A stretch of 64,000 bases of DNA, from contig CAYYSJ010000007.1 of the NCBI GenBank assembly GCA_964474445.1, positions 3,112 to 67,111 of the forward strand. Reading direction: 5' to 3'. This document shows positions 41,547 to 52,049 of this stretch, piece after piece (the stretch's first letter is position 1; each line of letters starts with the position of its first letter). The DNA is from an uncultured Gammaproteobacteria bacterium (GTDB lineage Bacteria > Patescibacteriota > Microgenomatia > Levybacterales > UBA12049). The notes under the pieces were generated by a model. It saw nothing but the letters and a program-made list of their open reading frames with translations, did no database searches and had not been told where the DNA came from. Position numbers and translations under genes: made by a program.

Positions 41547-42620
41547 TTAATTTGAAGGTAAAGCTTGTGCAGATGTATGAAGAGGTAGTTTTATAGTTAC
41601 CGTTGTTCCTTTCCCGAGCTCACTTGCTATGTGAATGTTTCCATTATGTTTTTCTAAAATCATTTTTGTTATGGTAAGCCCTAACCCTATACCTTCCGTC
41701 TGCTTACCTTTATTATTTCCACGAAAGAATCTTTGATACAGATAGGGGAGATCTTCTTTTGAAATTCCTACACCTGTATCCGAAATTACAATGCTTACAT
41801 TATTTTTTTCTCTTCTACTACTGACTATTATTTTCCCCCCCTTATTTGTGTATTTAATTGCGTTTTTTAATATATTAACTATAGCCTGTTCCATACGTAT
41901 CGAATCTCCTAATAAAGAGACTTTTGGCAACTTTTTAACAATAAGTTCTATTTCCTTTCTATCTGCTATATAACGCATCCGTATAATTGCCTGATCTATG
42001 ACACTATCCAGAAGGAAAGGAATAGTAATAAATGTTTCTTGGTATGTATCGTTACGAGATAAAAAGAGTAAATTGTCTAAAATAAGCTGAATTCTCTCGA
42101 TTTCATTACGATTAGCTCTTCCAGCAGCTTGTCTTTGCAGTAAAAGATCTTTTTGACTCTTAAAATCTTTGATATTTTGTTGTAAAAATATTTCTAAATC
42201 TGCTTTGATGATAGAAAGAGGAGTACGAAGCTCATGAGAAGCTTCTGCTAAAAAATTTTTTTGATTCTCAACAATTTTTTTGAGAGGCCTGATTCCAAAA
42301 CCAGCAAGGACATAACTAATACCAATTACTACAAAAAACATGAATACATCTTCAGGCTGGATACTATATAATGTTAATGTTGCTAATCTTGTTGCTCTGT
42401 TTATAAACCTTTGCCTTCGAGAATCAGTAGGATTGGATATTTCATTTGAAATTATCACTGCTTCCTCTGTAAACTCTCTGTGAAGAAGGGTGAGATAGAA
42501 TAAGATCCCACTTACAATAACGAGCGTATAAATAATTGTTAGTTGTAATTGCGTCGATGTGAAAGGATTATTTTTTAAGTTGATAACCCACACCACGAAT
42601 CGTTTCCAAAATGTTTTCAT
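41547..42620 (-). CDS. Sensor histidine kinase
   Basis: ASHELRTPL H-box, NAIKY, DTGVG, GLGL; two TMs. Confidence 0.95.
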   Translation of the reverse strand: MKTFWKRFVVWVINLKNNPFTSTQLQLTIIYTLVIVSGILFYLTLLHREFTEEAVIISNEISNPTDSRRQRFINRATRLATLTLYSIQPEDVFMFFVVIGISYVLAGFGIRPLKKIVENQKNFLAEASHELRTPLSIIKADLEIFLQQNIKDFKSQKDLLLQRQAAGRANRNEIERIQLILDNLLFLSRNDTYQETFITIPFLLDSVIDQAIIRMRYIADRKEIELIVKKLPKVSLLGDSIRMEQAIVNILKNAIKYTNKGGKIIVSSRREKNNVSIVISDTGVGISKEDLPYLYQRFFRGNNKGKQTEGIGLGLTITKMILEKHNGNIHIASELGKGTTVTIKLPLHTSAQALPSN

Positions 42621-43248
42621 ATCCTACCTCCTTTAACTTCTTTCTAATATTTTTAACATGTACATCTACCACATTAGAAAATGAGTCAAAATTAATGTCC
42701 CAAATTTTTTCTAATATCTGTTCTCTTTCTAAAACAGTATTTGGATGTTCCATAAGGTATTGAAGAAGATTAAATTCTTTAAGCGTTAATATAAGTTCTT
42801 TTTCTTGATAGAGAACTTTTCTCATTGCTGTATTAAGGATAAGGTCACCAATACGCAATTCTGAAGTAATATTTTGTGCTTTATGAGATCTACGCACCAA
42901 TGCACGTATACGAGCAAAAAGAATATCAAATGAAAAGGGCTTTGTGAGGTAATCATCAACACCAGCATCAAGACTTGTAATGATATCTTCAGGTGTATCT
43001 TTTGCGGTGAGCATAAGAACAGGTATCGTTAATCCTTGCCTCCGTAACATTTTGCATAGTTCTACTCCGCTCTTACCTGGAAGCATAAAATCAAGCAAAA
43101 GCATATCGATACTATCCTGATTTCGAGAGATAAAAAGCTCTGCATCCTCGGCAGAAGAAAAACTGTACGCTGTATAGCCTTGTTGTTTGAATCCTTTTTT
43201 AAGATTTTTTGCCAGTCTTTCTTCGTCCTCAATAATCAAAATTTTCAT
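42568..43248 (-). CDS. OmpR-family response regulator (start MKILI at 43248, or 43254)
   Basis: IIEDE, LLDFMLP, TKPF, winged-helix ETIRGVGY. Confidence 0.95.
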   Translation of the reverse strand: MKILIIEDEERLAKNLKKGFKQQGYTAYSFSSAEDAELFISRNQDSIDMLLLDFMLPGKSGVELCKMLRRQGLTIPVLMLTAKDTPEDIITSLDAGVDDYLTKPFSFDILFARIRALVRRSHKAQNITSELRIGDLILNTAMRKVLYQEKELILTLKEFNLLQYLMEHPNTVLEREQILEKIWDINFDSFSNVVDVHVKNIRKKLKEVGYENILETIRGVGYQLKK

Positions 43249-43272
43249 ATTCATAGTATGCACCGTCCATAA

Positions 43273-43289
43273 TGAAGATTTCATGAAGA
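43273..43289 (-). promoter_or_regulatory. OmpR-type tandem box upstream of the response regulator
   Basis: + strand TGAAGA at 43273 and 43284, 11-bp period. Confidence 0.65.
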
Positions 43290-43427
43290 GTTAATGCTTT
43301 TGCTTACTATAACATAACTTTAGTTTTTTTAGTAGGGAAATGATCATGTAAGATATACAATTCAACGGTTCTTATCACAAGCAAAGAGGGTGTACTGAAT
43401 GAATGTGGATCTTAATCTAAAGTAATA

Positions 43428-44423
43428 TTATTCTTTTTTAAGAATTGCATACGATGAGTTACCAAGCAATATATTACCTGAGACTACTGTTTGTATATTG
43501 CTGAGTTTATTGTTTTGTATTGTTGCATTCATTAAGTTATATCCACTATTTCCTTGTGCTTGCAAATAATAAATGACGTTTTTCGTGTTAGAAAATGCTG
43601 GATACGCAAGATCGCCTGATAGTAATGTACGGATATTTGAAAGCCCACTTGTACTATCAAAATCAGCAATATATAGTGTCACGCTAGTTGATCCATCATT
43701 CCTTCCTAAAAACAGAAGCTGCTTCCCATCAGGTGAGAATGCTGCTTGATATGCATTTTGATTTTCAAAGGTTAAGGTTGTTATCAGTCCCGTTGTATTA
43801 TCAAACTGTTCGATCGTTGAATATGGCATTAATGTTTGAGGATCATATTGATAATAATCATAAAGGATAATATTGCTATTAACTGGATTAAACAAAGGAT
43901 GAGCAAGTCCTCCCGAGTACGGACTGGGTTTTGCGACATTGGTTGATTTTCCAGTTGCTAGGTTTAATACATACAACGCATTGTCTGGCACATTGGTTTG
44001 TGCTTTATCTTTATCAGATACGTAGGCAATTCTGTTTTGAGCAGGACTCGCAGCAGGATCTGTGATCCAACTCATCGTATCGATAGTATCGTTATTTCCG
44101 CTAAAAAGTGTTTTTATGATATTCCCTTGTTGATCAAACATCAGTAAAGAAGCATAGTTTGTTGTTTTTTCAATGGCTGCAAAGGTATTTCCAATTTTTA
44201 CGGGCTCGATGAGATGTTGCCCATGGGTAATTTGTGCACTACCTTGATGTGATACTTGATAGATATCTCCTTGGTTACTAAGAACAATGACATCTGTTGG
44301 AGGAATATTTTTTGTGCTAAAAGTAGCCATTGTTTGGCCTCCTTGGTGCGTTTGGAAAAACGCAACAAGAAAACCAAGAACACATGACACAATACTTAAG
44401 AAGAGTAATCTTCGTTTTCTCAT
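43428..44423 (-). CDS. Membrane-anchored TolB-like beta-propeller protein
   Basis: N-terminal TM; ASP...RIAYVS, FSPDGKQLLF (PD40-like). Confidence 0.7.
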   Translation of the reverse strand: MRKRRLLFLSIVSCVLGFLVAFFQTHQGGQTMATFSTKNIPPTDVIVLSNQGDIYQVSHQGSAQITHGQHLIEPVKIGNTFAAIEKTTNYASLLMFDQQGNIIKTLFSGNNDTIDTMSWITDPAASPAQNRIAYVSDKDKAQTNVPDNALYVLNLATGKSTNVAKPSPYSGGLAHPLFNPVNSNIILYDYYQYDPQTLMPYSTIEQFDNTTGLITTLTFENQNAYQAAFSPDGKQLLFLGRNDGSTSVTLYIADFDSTSGLSNIRTLLSGDLAYPAFSNTKNVIYYLQAQGNSGYNLMNATIQNNKLSNIQTVVSGNILLGNSSYAILKKE

Positions 44424-45454
44424 TGCGCTATTCCCTCCTCATTCGATAGACTCTTCAGGGTTACTTCTCCAGCATTTTCCCCAAAAATTTGTGTCACTAA
44501 TGTTGCTGATTGAGAAGCGTCTGCAATAACAATGCTTTGTCCATCAGTAGAATTCCCTACTGTCGAATAGGTTGGAGGAGAAAGCGTCAGTTGTTTTACT
44601 GTTACATTCTTATTGGTCAAAAAGAACAAACCAAGTTGTGCCCCATAAGCTGGAGAAATATCAGTTTTCATCTGTCCATTCAGACTTTGTAAAATGCTTG
44701 GCAGTTTCGCAAAGGATGATTTTGAGTGAAGGAGTGTATCTTTCAACGTTAAGAGCAACTGTCTTTGTCGTTGTGTGCGTCCAAAATCCCCAATAAGATC
44801 TTCATGCCGAGAACGCACGTACTGAAGCGCTTGTTCCCCTGTCATATGTTGCATGCCAGCTTGGATATCAAGGCGTTGATATCCGTACGGATTTGAGCTA
44901 TTGATATCTGTTGGATAGGAGTTATCCAAAACCGGATGAACTACCTGCAAATTTATTCCTCCAATCATATCAATACTTTGAATGAAACCATAGAGGCCTA
45001 CCCAACCATAATGATCAATAGGGACGCCAAAGGTTTGCTCAACCACTTTAATTGCACTTGGAATCCCATCATACTCAGCAGCTTGGTCTATCTTACCATA
45101 CGTTTGCCTATCAGGCATTTTCACCCAAAGATCTCGTGGGATAGAGAACATATCTACTTCTTTTTTAGCGTAATCGATATGGACTACCATCATGGTTTGC
45201 GTTAAGGGATTACCCGTAAATTTCTGATCGTTATCGCTTCCCAGCAAAAGGATATTCGTCTGGTTAGGCAACGATGTGACATTGGCTACATTTTTCACCG
45301 AAACACGTTGGTTCATTGCTGCTGTAATAAATTGCTGGAGTGAATTCAAATAATAGACTCCATATCCCAAGAAAAAACAAACAATGATAACAAGAGCAGC
45401 AAAAATCAAACGGACAATGAATGGCTTTTGTTTCTTTTCGGGAACATCATGCAT
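44420..45454 (-). CDS. LCP (LytR-CpsA-Psr) family protein
   Basis: NILLLGSD, SIPRDLWV, YVRSRH, DFGRTQRQ. Confidence 0.93.
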   Translation of the reverse strand: MHDVPEKKQKPFIVRLIFAALVIIVCFFLGYGVYYLNSLQQFITAAMNQRVSVKNVANVTSLPNQTNILLLGSDNDQKFTGNPLTQTMMVVHIDYAKKEVDMFSIPRDLWVKMPDRQTYGKIDQAAEYDGIPSAIKVVEQTFGVPIDHYGWVGLYGFIQSIDMIGGINLQVVHPVLDNSYPTDINSSNPYGYQRLDIQAGMQHMTGEQALQYVRSRHEDLIGDFGRTQRQRQLLLTLKDTLLHSKSSFAKLPSILQSLNGQMKTDISPAYGAQLGLFFLTNKNVTVKQLTLSPPTYSTVGNSTDGQSIVIADASQSATLVTQIFGENAGEVTLKSLSNEEGIAQ

Positions 45455-45466
45455 ATAGCTTTTCTA

Positions 45467-46762
45467 TTATACAAGGGAAATCAGCTTCTTTGAGCGATGA
45501 TTATAGGAGAAAAGTTGGGTATAGGAACCGATATCGATTGCTGCTCTAAACTGAAGCATTGCATCTTCTGTAGGGAAATATTGCTCTAAGTGTTCTATAA
45601 CCTCTCTTTCCTCCATAGTATGATGTGGGCTTTCTTGTAAACGTTTTATAATATATTGGATAAGGACGATATTTCCTTCTGCTTGTGTACGAAGAATTTC
45701 TCTTGCTTTCTCTTGCAACGCATTAGCAAATGCAAGACCAACTTCTGTTAAAAGTATTTTATTTCCCTCAATGCCACCAAAGCCTAGAATATCAATAAGG
45801 CTGGTTAAATGAAGCATTTCTGCAACTGAAACAGTGTTTTGAACCGAATGGAGATCTACTTTACCACCAAACGCAGCAATACCCTTTAAGAATCCTTTCA
45901 TTGTATGAATGCTTACCAGCGGTAATACTTGATACGCAGATTTTTCTTCTGCAACCGAAAGTTCTTGCACTCCATGAATAAGCTTTGCAGGACTGACATG
46001 TGGATTTGTCATGATTTGATAAATACTATCAACAAGCTGTAACCTCTCTGGAGTTTTCGTTTTTCGTTTTTCAACTGATAAGCCTGGTACTTCCACCCGA
46101 AACCTTCCCGGATTTGCTGAAAGAACAAACATTCGATCAGCCATACTAACTGCCTCATCAATATTGTGTGTTACCATCACAATTGTTTTGGTTGGAATCT
46201 TTTTCTCAAGCCATAAAGAAAGCAACTCATGGCGTAAATTTTCTGCGGTTAAGACATCAAGAGCAGAAAAAGGCTCATCCATGAATAGTATCTCAGGCTG
46301 AACAACAAGTGCTCGCGCAAAGCCAACTCGCTGTTTCATACCCCCTGAAATCTCTTTTGGAAATGCTTCCTCAAATCCTTTCAAGCCAATAATCTCAATA
46401 ACTTCTTTTATTCTTTTTTCTTTTTCGTCTTTTGAAATATTTTTTGCAATAAGACCAAGAGAAACATTTTCGCGAACAGTAAGCCACGGATAAAGCGCAA
46501 AGTTTTGAAAAACAATTGCAGCATAGTGGTTCGGTCCAGCAAGAGACTTTCCATTCACCATAACATGTCCTGTAGAAGGAGGAATAAGACCGGCAAGGAT
46601 GCGAAGAAATGTTGACTTTCCGCAACCTGATGGACCTAAGAGTGCAACAAATTCACCTTCATGAACAGAAAGGTTTAGATTATCAAGTACTACTTTTTTT
46701 GTTTTTCCATCTCCATACCATTTATGGATATGCTTTGCTTGTAATAAACTGTTTGACTCCAT
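45467..46762 (-). CDS. NitT/TauT-type ABC ATPase with C-terminal AAA-associated domain
   Basis: GPSGCGKST, ISGGMKQR, MDEPFSALD; start at MESNS. Confidence 0.9.
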   Translation of the reverse strand: MESNSLLQAKHIHKWYGDGKTKKVVLDNLNLSVHEGEFVALLGPSGCGKSTFLRILAGLIPPSTGHVMVNGKSLAGPNHYAAIVFQNFALYPWLTVRENVSLGLIAKNISKDEKEKRIKEVIEIIGLKGFEEAFPKEISGGMKQRVGFARALVVQPEILFMDEPFSALDVLTAENLRHELLSLWLEKKIPTKTIVMVTHNIDEAVSMADRMFVLSANPGRFRVEVPGLSVEKRKTKTPERLQLVDSIYQIMTNPHVSPAKLIHGVQELSVAEEKSAYQVLPLVSIHTMKGFLKGIAAFGGKVDLHSVQNTVSVAEMLHLTSLIDILGFGGIEGNKILLTEVGLAFANALQEKAREILRTQAEGNIVLIQYIIKRLQESPHHTMEEREVIEHLEQYFPTEDAMLQFRAAIDIGSYTQLFSYNHRSKKLISLV

Positions 46763-46769
46763 ATATAGA

Positions 46770-48524
46770 TTATTCAAAATGATACTTGCTTTCCGCAAGA
46801 CGGTAAATTCTCTGCCAGAAAAAACGATTAATGGTAAAAACAAGAATAGCCATGGTTATGGTACTAATAAGTAGTAGATGAAAATTATTCGTATTTGCAG
46901 CTTCAGCAATAGTCGCTCCAAGCCCTACTGTTTGATGTACTTTCCCTGCAAAAGTGACATACTCAGAGACAATACTTGCATTCCACGCTCCACCTGTTGC
47001 AGTAATCATTCCGGTAACAAGATAAGGGAAAATAGAAGGGAGAATTAAGTATCGCCATCTGTTCCATCCTCTAATTTGATAGATTGTCGTTGCTTCCCGA
47101 AGGTCATTAGGAATTGCCATTGCCCCTGCAATCACATTAAATAGTACATACCACTGCGTTCCCAGAAGCATTAAGACGACAGCAGCAATATTTAATCCAC
47201 TTGGAAGAAACAAAAGAAGCAAGAGTAATGCAGGGAAAAGTGCTGTTGCAGGAACTGAGGCTGTCATTTGGATAATTGGCTGCACCCTTTTTGCCCATTT
47301 TGGATTCAGGCCAACCGTAACTCCAACAGGAACAGTCCAGAGGAGAGATATCAGGAGAGCTGACATAGTCCGAAGGAGAGTCACCACAGCTCCTGTTCCA
47401 ATCATTTTCCATTCAAGTGAGCTAATTTGTTTGACAATACCCAATGTCACAATAACCCCTATAACAAATAACACGACACATACGAATAGCAAGAATGCAG
47501 TGGCAATAGATTTTGTTGGAACCGTTTGTTTCCTTATATGCATTGGTTCTACCAATTCCTGTTTGTTGTCTCCACTACTAAACACCAAATCGATAAGTGT
47601 CACAAGAGGTATAAAAAGTACCTTTTCCAAAAAAGTCAAAATCCGTGATTGCAGAAGAAGTGATAAAAACCACGAATGAGGCTTTTCATCGGACTCATTT
47701 TGTTCTAATTTGAATCGATCTCCCCACGCAACAAGTGGACGCCACAGGAGCTGATCCAGAAGCACAATAACACAGATAAGAGTCCCGAGTCCCAACAGCA
47801 ACGCAATGATATTCCCTTGATTTGCAGCAGCTTGTAGATATGATCCAATGCCGGGGAGTTGGAAACTTTTCGTCCCTAAGGTAAATTGTTCTGATGCCAT
47901 CAGAAAAAACCACCCTCCTGCCCAACTCATCATTGAATTCCAAATAATAGAAATTGTTCCTGAAGGAATTTCTAAACGAGTAAATCGTTGCCAAAAGTTT
48001 AAATGGTTTATGAAAGCTACTTCTTTTAACTCCTCTGGAATAGTAAGAAGCGTTTGATAAAAGCCAAACGTAATATTCCACGCTTGGGAAGTAAAGATAA
48101 GAATAACTGCTGCAAGTTCCAAACCAAGGTTCGTGTGAGGAAATAATGCAACCAACCCAAGAACAACTCCTGGCATAAACGAAAGGATCGGAATACTTTG
48201 CAACACATCAAGTATTGGAATCATGATTCCTTCTGTTCTTCGACTCATGACTGCAATACGAGCATAGAGAAAACTAAAAAGAAGAGCTATCACATAGGCA
48301 ATTGCCATTCTTCCTGTTGAGAGCACTGCATAATATGGGAGTTTTGTTGGTGAAAGATCAATACTAAAGTTTTGGTTAACAGGAGCATGCCATTGTACTG
48401 AAAGTATGATAATAAAATAGAGAAGGGAGAAAAGAACTCCGAACACCAATAGATCTGAAACAAAAGAATGTTTCTTCGGAAGGATTATATTATGAAATCC
48501 TTGTCTAGTATATGTGTGTGCCAT
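46770..48524 (-). CDS. ABC permease with duplicated BPD_transp_1 domains
   Basis: LDVLQSIPILSF, WNSMMSWAGGWFFL, GGAWNASIVSE. Confidence 0.9.
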   Translation of the reverse strand: MAHTYTRQGFHNIILPKKHSFVSDLLVFGVLFSLLYFIIILSVQWHAPVNQNFSIDLSPTKLPYYAVLSTGRMAIAYVIALLFSFLYARIAVMSRRTEGIMIPILDVLQSIPILSFMPGVVLGLVALFPHTNLGLELAAVILIFTSQAWNITFGFYQTLLTIPEELKEVAFINHLNFWQRFTRLEIPSGTISIIWNSMMSWAGGWFFLMASEQFTLGTKSFQLPGIGSYLQAAANQGNIIALLLGLGTLICVIVLLDQLLWRPLVAWGDRFKLEQNESDEKPHSWFLSLLLQSRILTFLEKVLFIPLVTLIDLVFSSGDNKQELVEPMHIRKQTVPTKSIATAFLLFVCVVLFVIGVIVTLGIVKQISSLEWKMIGTGAVVTLLRTMSALLISLLWTVPVGVTVGLNPKWAKRVQPIIQMTASVPATALFPALLLLLLFLPSGLNIAAVVLMLLGTQWYVLFNVIAGAMAIPNDLREATTIYQIRGWNRWRYLILPSIFPYLVTGMITATGGAWNASIVSEYVTFAGKVHQTVGLGATIAEAANTNNFHLLLISTITMAILVFTINRFFWQRIYRLAESKYHFE

Positions 48525-48590
48525 ATGTGTATATTACCGTCTTCTGCCTTTCAACAGACGGGTAGTCTCTTGTCTAGTAGGCATCTCCTT

Positions 48591-49892
48591 TTAGTGTCCT
48601 AACGTGAAAATCATCGCAACTGCCGCAGCACCCATTGAAATAAAGGTTATCCAAACTACTACTTGGGAAAGCCATCCACTAGCATACTCTCCCATAATTT
48701 TTTTATTTGCTGCTATTTTTGCAATAAGGAAAATTAGCGGTACCGCAACAACCCCATTAATCACTGCCGTTACAACAAGCGCTTTAATTGGATCAAGACC
48801 AATAAAGTTAATCATTAAGCCAATGAGTGTAGCAATAGTGATAACGCCATAAAATCCATGTGCACGTTTGAGCTTTAAATTGAGTCCTTCCTTCCAGCTA
48901 AATGCTTCAGAGAATGCATACGAAGCAGAGCATGATAAGACAGGAATAGCAAGAAGTCCTAATCCGATAATGCCAATAGAGAAAATGAGTTTTGCAAGAT
49001 ATCCAGAGTTAGGAAAGGTATGTACCAATGGTTCTAATGCTTTTGCTGCATCTGCCGAGGTTGCAATATTTGTAACTCCATGGGAATTCAGTACTGTTGC
49101 AGTGACGACAATAATACACCAGGTGACAGCCTCTGAAGCAAACATACCAAACGCATTATCAATACGCATGTTTTTCACTATTCTCCATACATTTTTTGGT
49201 TCTCCATCTGCATTCAGTTCATGATGTGCTTTCTCTTCTTCAACTTCTTGGTTCGCTTCCCAGAAAAATAAGTAAGGAGAAATTGTTGTCCCAAGAACAC
49301 CTGTGATAATAAAAAGAAATGCAAAGCTAAATTCAAAGTGAGGAAGAATCGTTGCTTTTACAATAGTCTGAAATGGAAGATGAATAATAAGAAGAGTTAA
49401 TGGGTATGCAAGAAGAGCTATGGCTAACCATTTGAGGATACGAGAATAAACATAATAGTTAGTAAATATTTCAAGGGTAAGAATAAAGGCCGTAAAAAAG
49501 AGTGTCCAGATCACAAAATGAAATGGAAGAATTAAATTTGCAGCAGCAGCTAATGCCCCAATGTCTGCTCCAATGTTGATTGTGTTTGCAATTAAAACAA
49601 GAACGACGACACCATATAGTACCTTTTTACTATAGTTGTCTCGTACTACAGCAGCAATCCCTTTTCCTGTGACAATACCTATTCTTGCACAAGCTTCTTG
49701 AACTGCAATCATTAAAGGAAGCATCGCAATTGCTGTCCATAGTTGTCCATATCCAAATTGAGCACCTGTTTGAGAATACGTTGCAATACCAGATGGATCA
49801 TCATCTGCCGCTCCAGTAACTAATCCTGGCCCTAATACGCGAAAAAATTTGCGAGAATTCTTCTTTGTGTTATGCAGTAGTTCTTTTATCAT
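48591..49892 (-). CDS. NRAMP-family transporter
   Basis: GPGLVTGAADDDPSGIATYS, GTTISPY. Confidence 0.92.
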   Translation of the reverse strand: MIKELLHNTKKNSRKFFRVLGPGLVTGAADDDPSGIATYSQTGAQFGYGQLWTAIAMLPLMIAVQEACARIGIVTGKGIAAVVRDNYSKKVLYGVVVLVLIANTINIGADIGALAAAANLILPFHFVIWTLFFTAFILTLEIFTNYYVYSRILKWLAIALLAYPLTLLIIHLPFQTIVKATILPHFEFSFAFLFIITGVLGTTISPYLFFWEANQEVEEEKAHHELNADGEPKNVWRIVKNMRIDNAFGMFASEAVTWCIIVVTATVLNSHGVTNIATSADAAKALEPLVHTFPNSGYLAKLIFSIGIIGLGLLAIPVLSCSASYAFSEAFSWKEGLNLKLKRAHGFYGVITIATLIGLMINFIGLDPIKALVVTAVINGVVAVPLIFLIAKIAANKKIMGEYASGWLSQVVVWITFISMGAAAVAMIFTLGH

Positions 49893-49976
49893 GCCTTATT
49901 TATCTTCCTTATCTATTTTGCTCCTATTTTTTCATATATTGCAATAGCTAAGAGGATTTATATGTTGAAGTGATGT

Positions 49977-50201
49977 TTATTCGTTATCTCCCATACTTTT
50001 TTGTAATTCTTGGTGTGCTTTTTCTGTTAGTTCCATTGCTTGTTTACCTAATTCATAAGCTTTTTGTGTATGTTCTACCTCTTTTTCTTTATTTCCTAAC
50101 GCTCTATGAATTGCAGCTCGCTGATGATGTTCTTCCACTTTTTCGTGAAGCGTTGCAGCATCTAAATGAAGTGATAATGTATCGTCCATAAAATACTTCA
50201 T
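49977..50201 (-). CDS. Small His/Glu-rich helical hypothetical protein
   Basis: Co-oriented between two NRAMP genes; LHEKVEEHHQRAAIH. Confidence 0.55.
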   Translation of the reverse strand: MKYFMDDTLSLHLDAATLHEKVEEHHQRAAIHRALGNKEKEVEHTQKAYELGKQAMELTEKAHQELQKSMGDNE

Positions 50202-50247
50202 GCGACTTCTCTTTTTTATTCAAAAAACACAATAAGAGATTCCTAAC

Positions 50248-51921
50248 TTAATGTCCCGTTGCAAGTTGTACAACTTTGATAATCATTAGTAATGCAGCAA
50301 CAACTAAGTATCCTCGAAGCGTATACATACCGATTTTTCTTGTTAATGACCATTCAGGTTTTGGTAATGTCTCTAATGGTTGCATTCTCCAATTCATTTT
50401 TTCCTCAAGAGACATCAATTCTTTTTTCTCTGTCTTTTTCTTACTAAATAGATAGAATCCTCCTGTTATCAGAAGCCCGGCAATAAGAGCACTTCCGGTC
50501 CAAACAGTTACTTGAGTTCCATCAAGATTTGGGAAAAGCGTTGTCGCAGCAAGAATAAAGGAGAGCATAACTAACACTCCAATAATGATACCTGCAATTG
50601 CATTAAGCCATTTTGTATTTACCCAAGGGCCAAGCACATGTTTATCGTTGCACAAAAGGACAAGAAATACAGTGGCCGATGGAAGAAGAATGCCAGCTAA
50701 AGCTTGTACAGCAAGGTTAATAAGCCCAAGAGGAGCATGAGGAATAAGCACTATTGCTGCTGCAAGAACAACAAGGACTGAATAAGAAATGTAGAAGAAT
50801 TTTGCATCTTTAAATGATCTATGGAGTGAATGATGCATTCGAAATACATCTCCAAATGCATATGAAGTTGAAAGGGTAACTGCAGCAGCACCAATCACTG
50901 CAGCATCTATAAGAATTATTGCCCCCATAGCTCCTGCTTGATGTCCAAATGTTGTAGCAAGACCACTAATGACTCCTGTCATATCTGAAAACTGTCCTGT
51001 AAGTTTTGTTCCTGCAAATGCAAAAGCAGTTACGATGATCATGGCAGCAGCACCAAATTCGGTAACAAATGATCCAAAAATGGTATCCATTACTTCATAT
51101 TTAAGCCAGCGAGGAGTAATTCTCTTGTCAATAACGTTTGACTGTTGGAAAAACAATTGCCATGGAGCAACAGTAGTCCCAACAATACTCACAATAAGAA
51201 GGAGTACGGTGGAGTTAAGTCCTCCTGCTATTCCAGGAATAAACGTATCATGGAGAACTGGCATCCAGTGAGGGTGAACCATGAGAGCTAATGGATAAAC
51301 CAGAAATGAGAAGACAATAAAGCCGTACATAAATTGCTCCCAACGTTTGAAGCTTCCAGTAAGTGCAGTTGCAATAAGGATTGTGGCAAATAAGGGAACA
51401 GACAGGTATGGAGGAATTCCAAAGTAAAGTGCACCTTGAGAAATACCAATAAATTCAGTGACAATAGTAAGAAAGTTTAAAATAAATAAATCCCCTGCTG
51501 AGAAAAATCCCCAGAATTTTCCAAACCGTTCAATAATCATGCGAGCATGTCCGACACCTGTCACAGCACCAAGACGAGCAACCATTTCTTGATTCACAAT
51601 AAGAACAGGTATAAGAAGGAAGAGCGTCCACATAAGAGAAGTGCCGTAATTTTGTCCTGCTTGCATGTATGTAGCAACTCCTCCCGCATCGTTATCACCA
51701 ACCATAACAATGAGCCCTGGACCCATGATCACTAAAAACGCAAGAAGTTTTTTTAATAGTCCTTTATGCTGATATGGATGTTCATCTTTTCGGATAGTAC
51801 CCCATGCGCCATAGATATCACCCAAGTGGGCTGGATCTAACACAGCACTCCCCGCATGAGAGTCAACCTCATGTGGATGAGGTAAATATTTATAATAAAC
51901 GTTTTTGAAAAATTCTTTCAT
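50248..51921 (-). CDS. NRAMP-family transporter under M-box control
   Basis: GPGLIVMVGDNDAGG, GTTVAPWQ; GGAGGTG RBS before ATG at 51921. Confidence 0.92.
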   Translation of the reverse strand: MKEFFKNVYYKYLPHPHEVDSHAGSAVLDPAHLGDIYGAWGTIRKDEHPYQHKGLLKKLLAFLVIMGPGLIVMVGDNDAGGVATYMQAGQNYGTSLMWTLFLLIPVLIVNQEMVARLGAVTGVGHARMIIERFGKFWGFFSAGDLFILNFLTIVTEFIGISQGALYFGIPPYLSVPLFATILIATALTGSFKRWEQFMYGFIVFSFLVYPLALMVHPHWMPVLHDTFIPGIAGGLNSTVLLLIVSIVGTTVAPWQLFFQQSNVIDKRITPRWLKYEVMDTIFGSFVTEFGAAAMIIVTAFAFAGTKLTGQFSDMTGVISGLATTFGHQAGAMGAIILIDAAVIGAAAVTLSTSYAFGDVFRMHHSLHRSFKDAKFFYISYSVLVVLAAAIVLIPHAPLGLINLAVQALAGILLPSATVFLVLLCNDKHVLGPWVNTKWLNAIAGIIIGVLVMLSFILAATTLFPNLDGTQVTVWTGSALIAGLLITGGFYLFSKKKTEKKELMSLEEKMNWRMQPLETLPKPEWSLTRKIGMYTLRGYLVVAALLMIIKVVQLATGH

Positions 51922-52049
51922 CACAAACACCTCCTATGTAAAAGGTAATATTGGAAAGTTCGCCTGAAAGAAGAGGATTATCTAAGAGGAACCATACAAA
52001 AATAATCTACAATCTCTTATAAACTCTTTTTGTTTAGCGACGTCTTAAC

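Noticed and set aside
48537-48590. Hairpin CCGTCT/AGACGG near GGAGATG as a fluoride riboswitch
   Set aside because: Lacks the conserved pseudoknot and 3' motif; probably a simple stem-loop.
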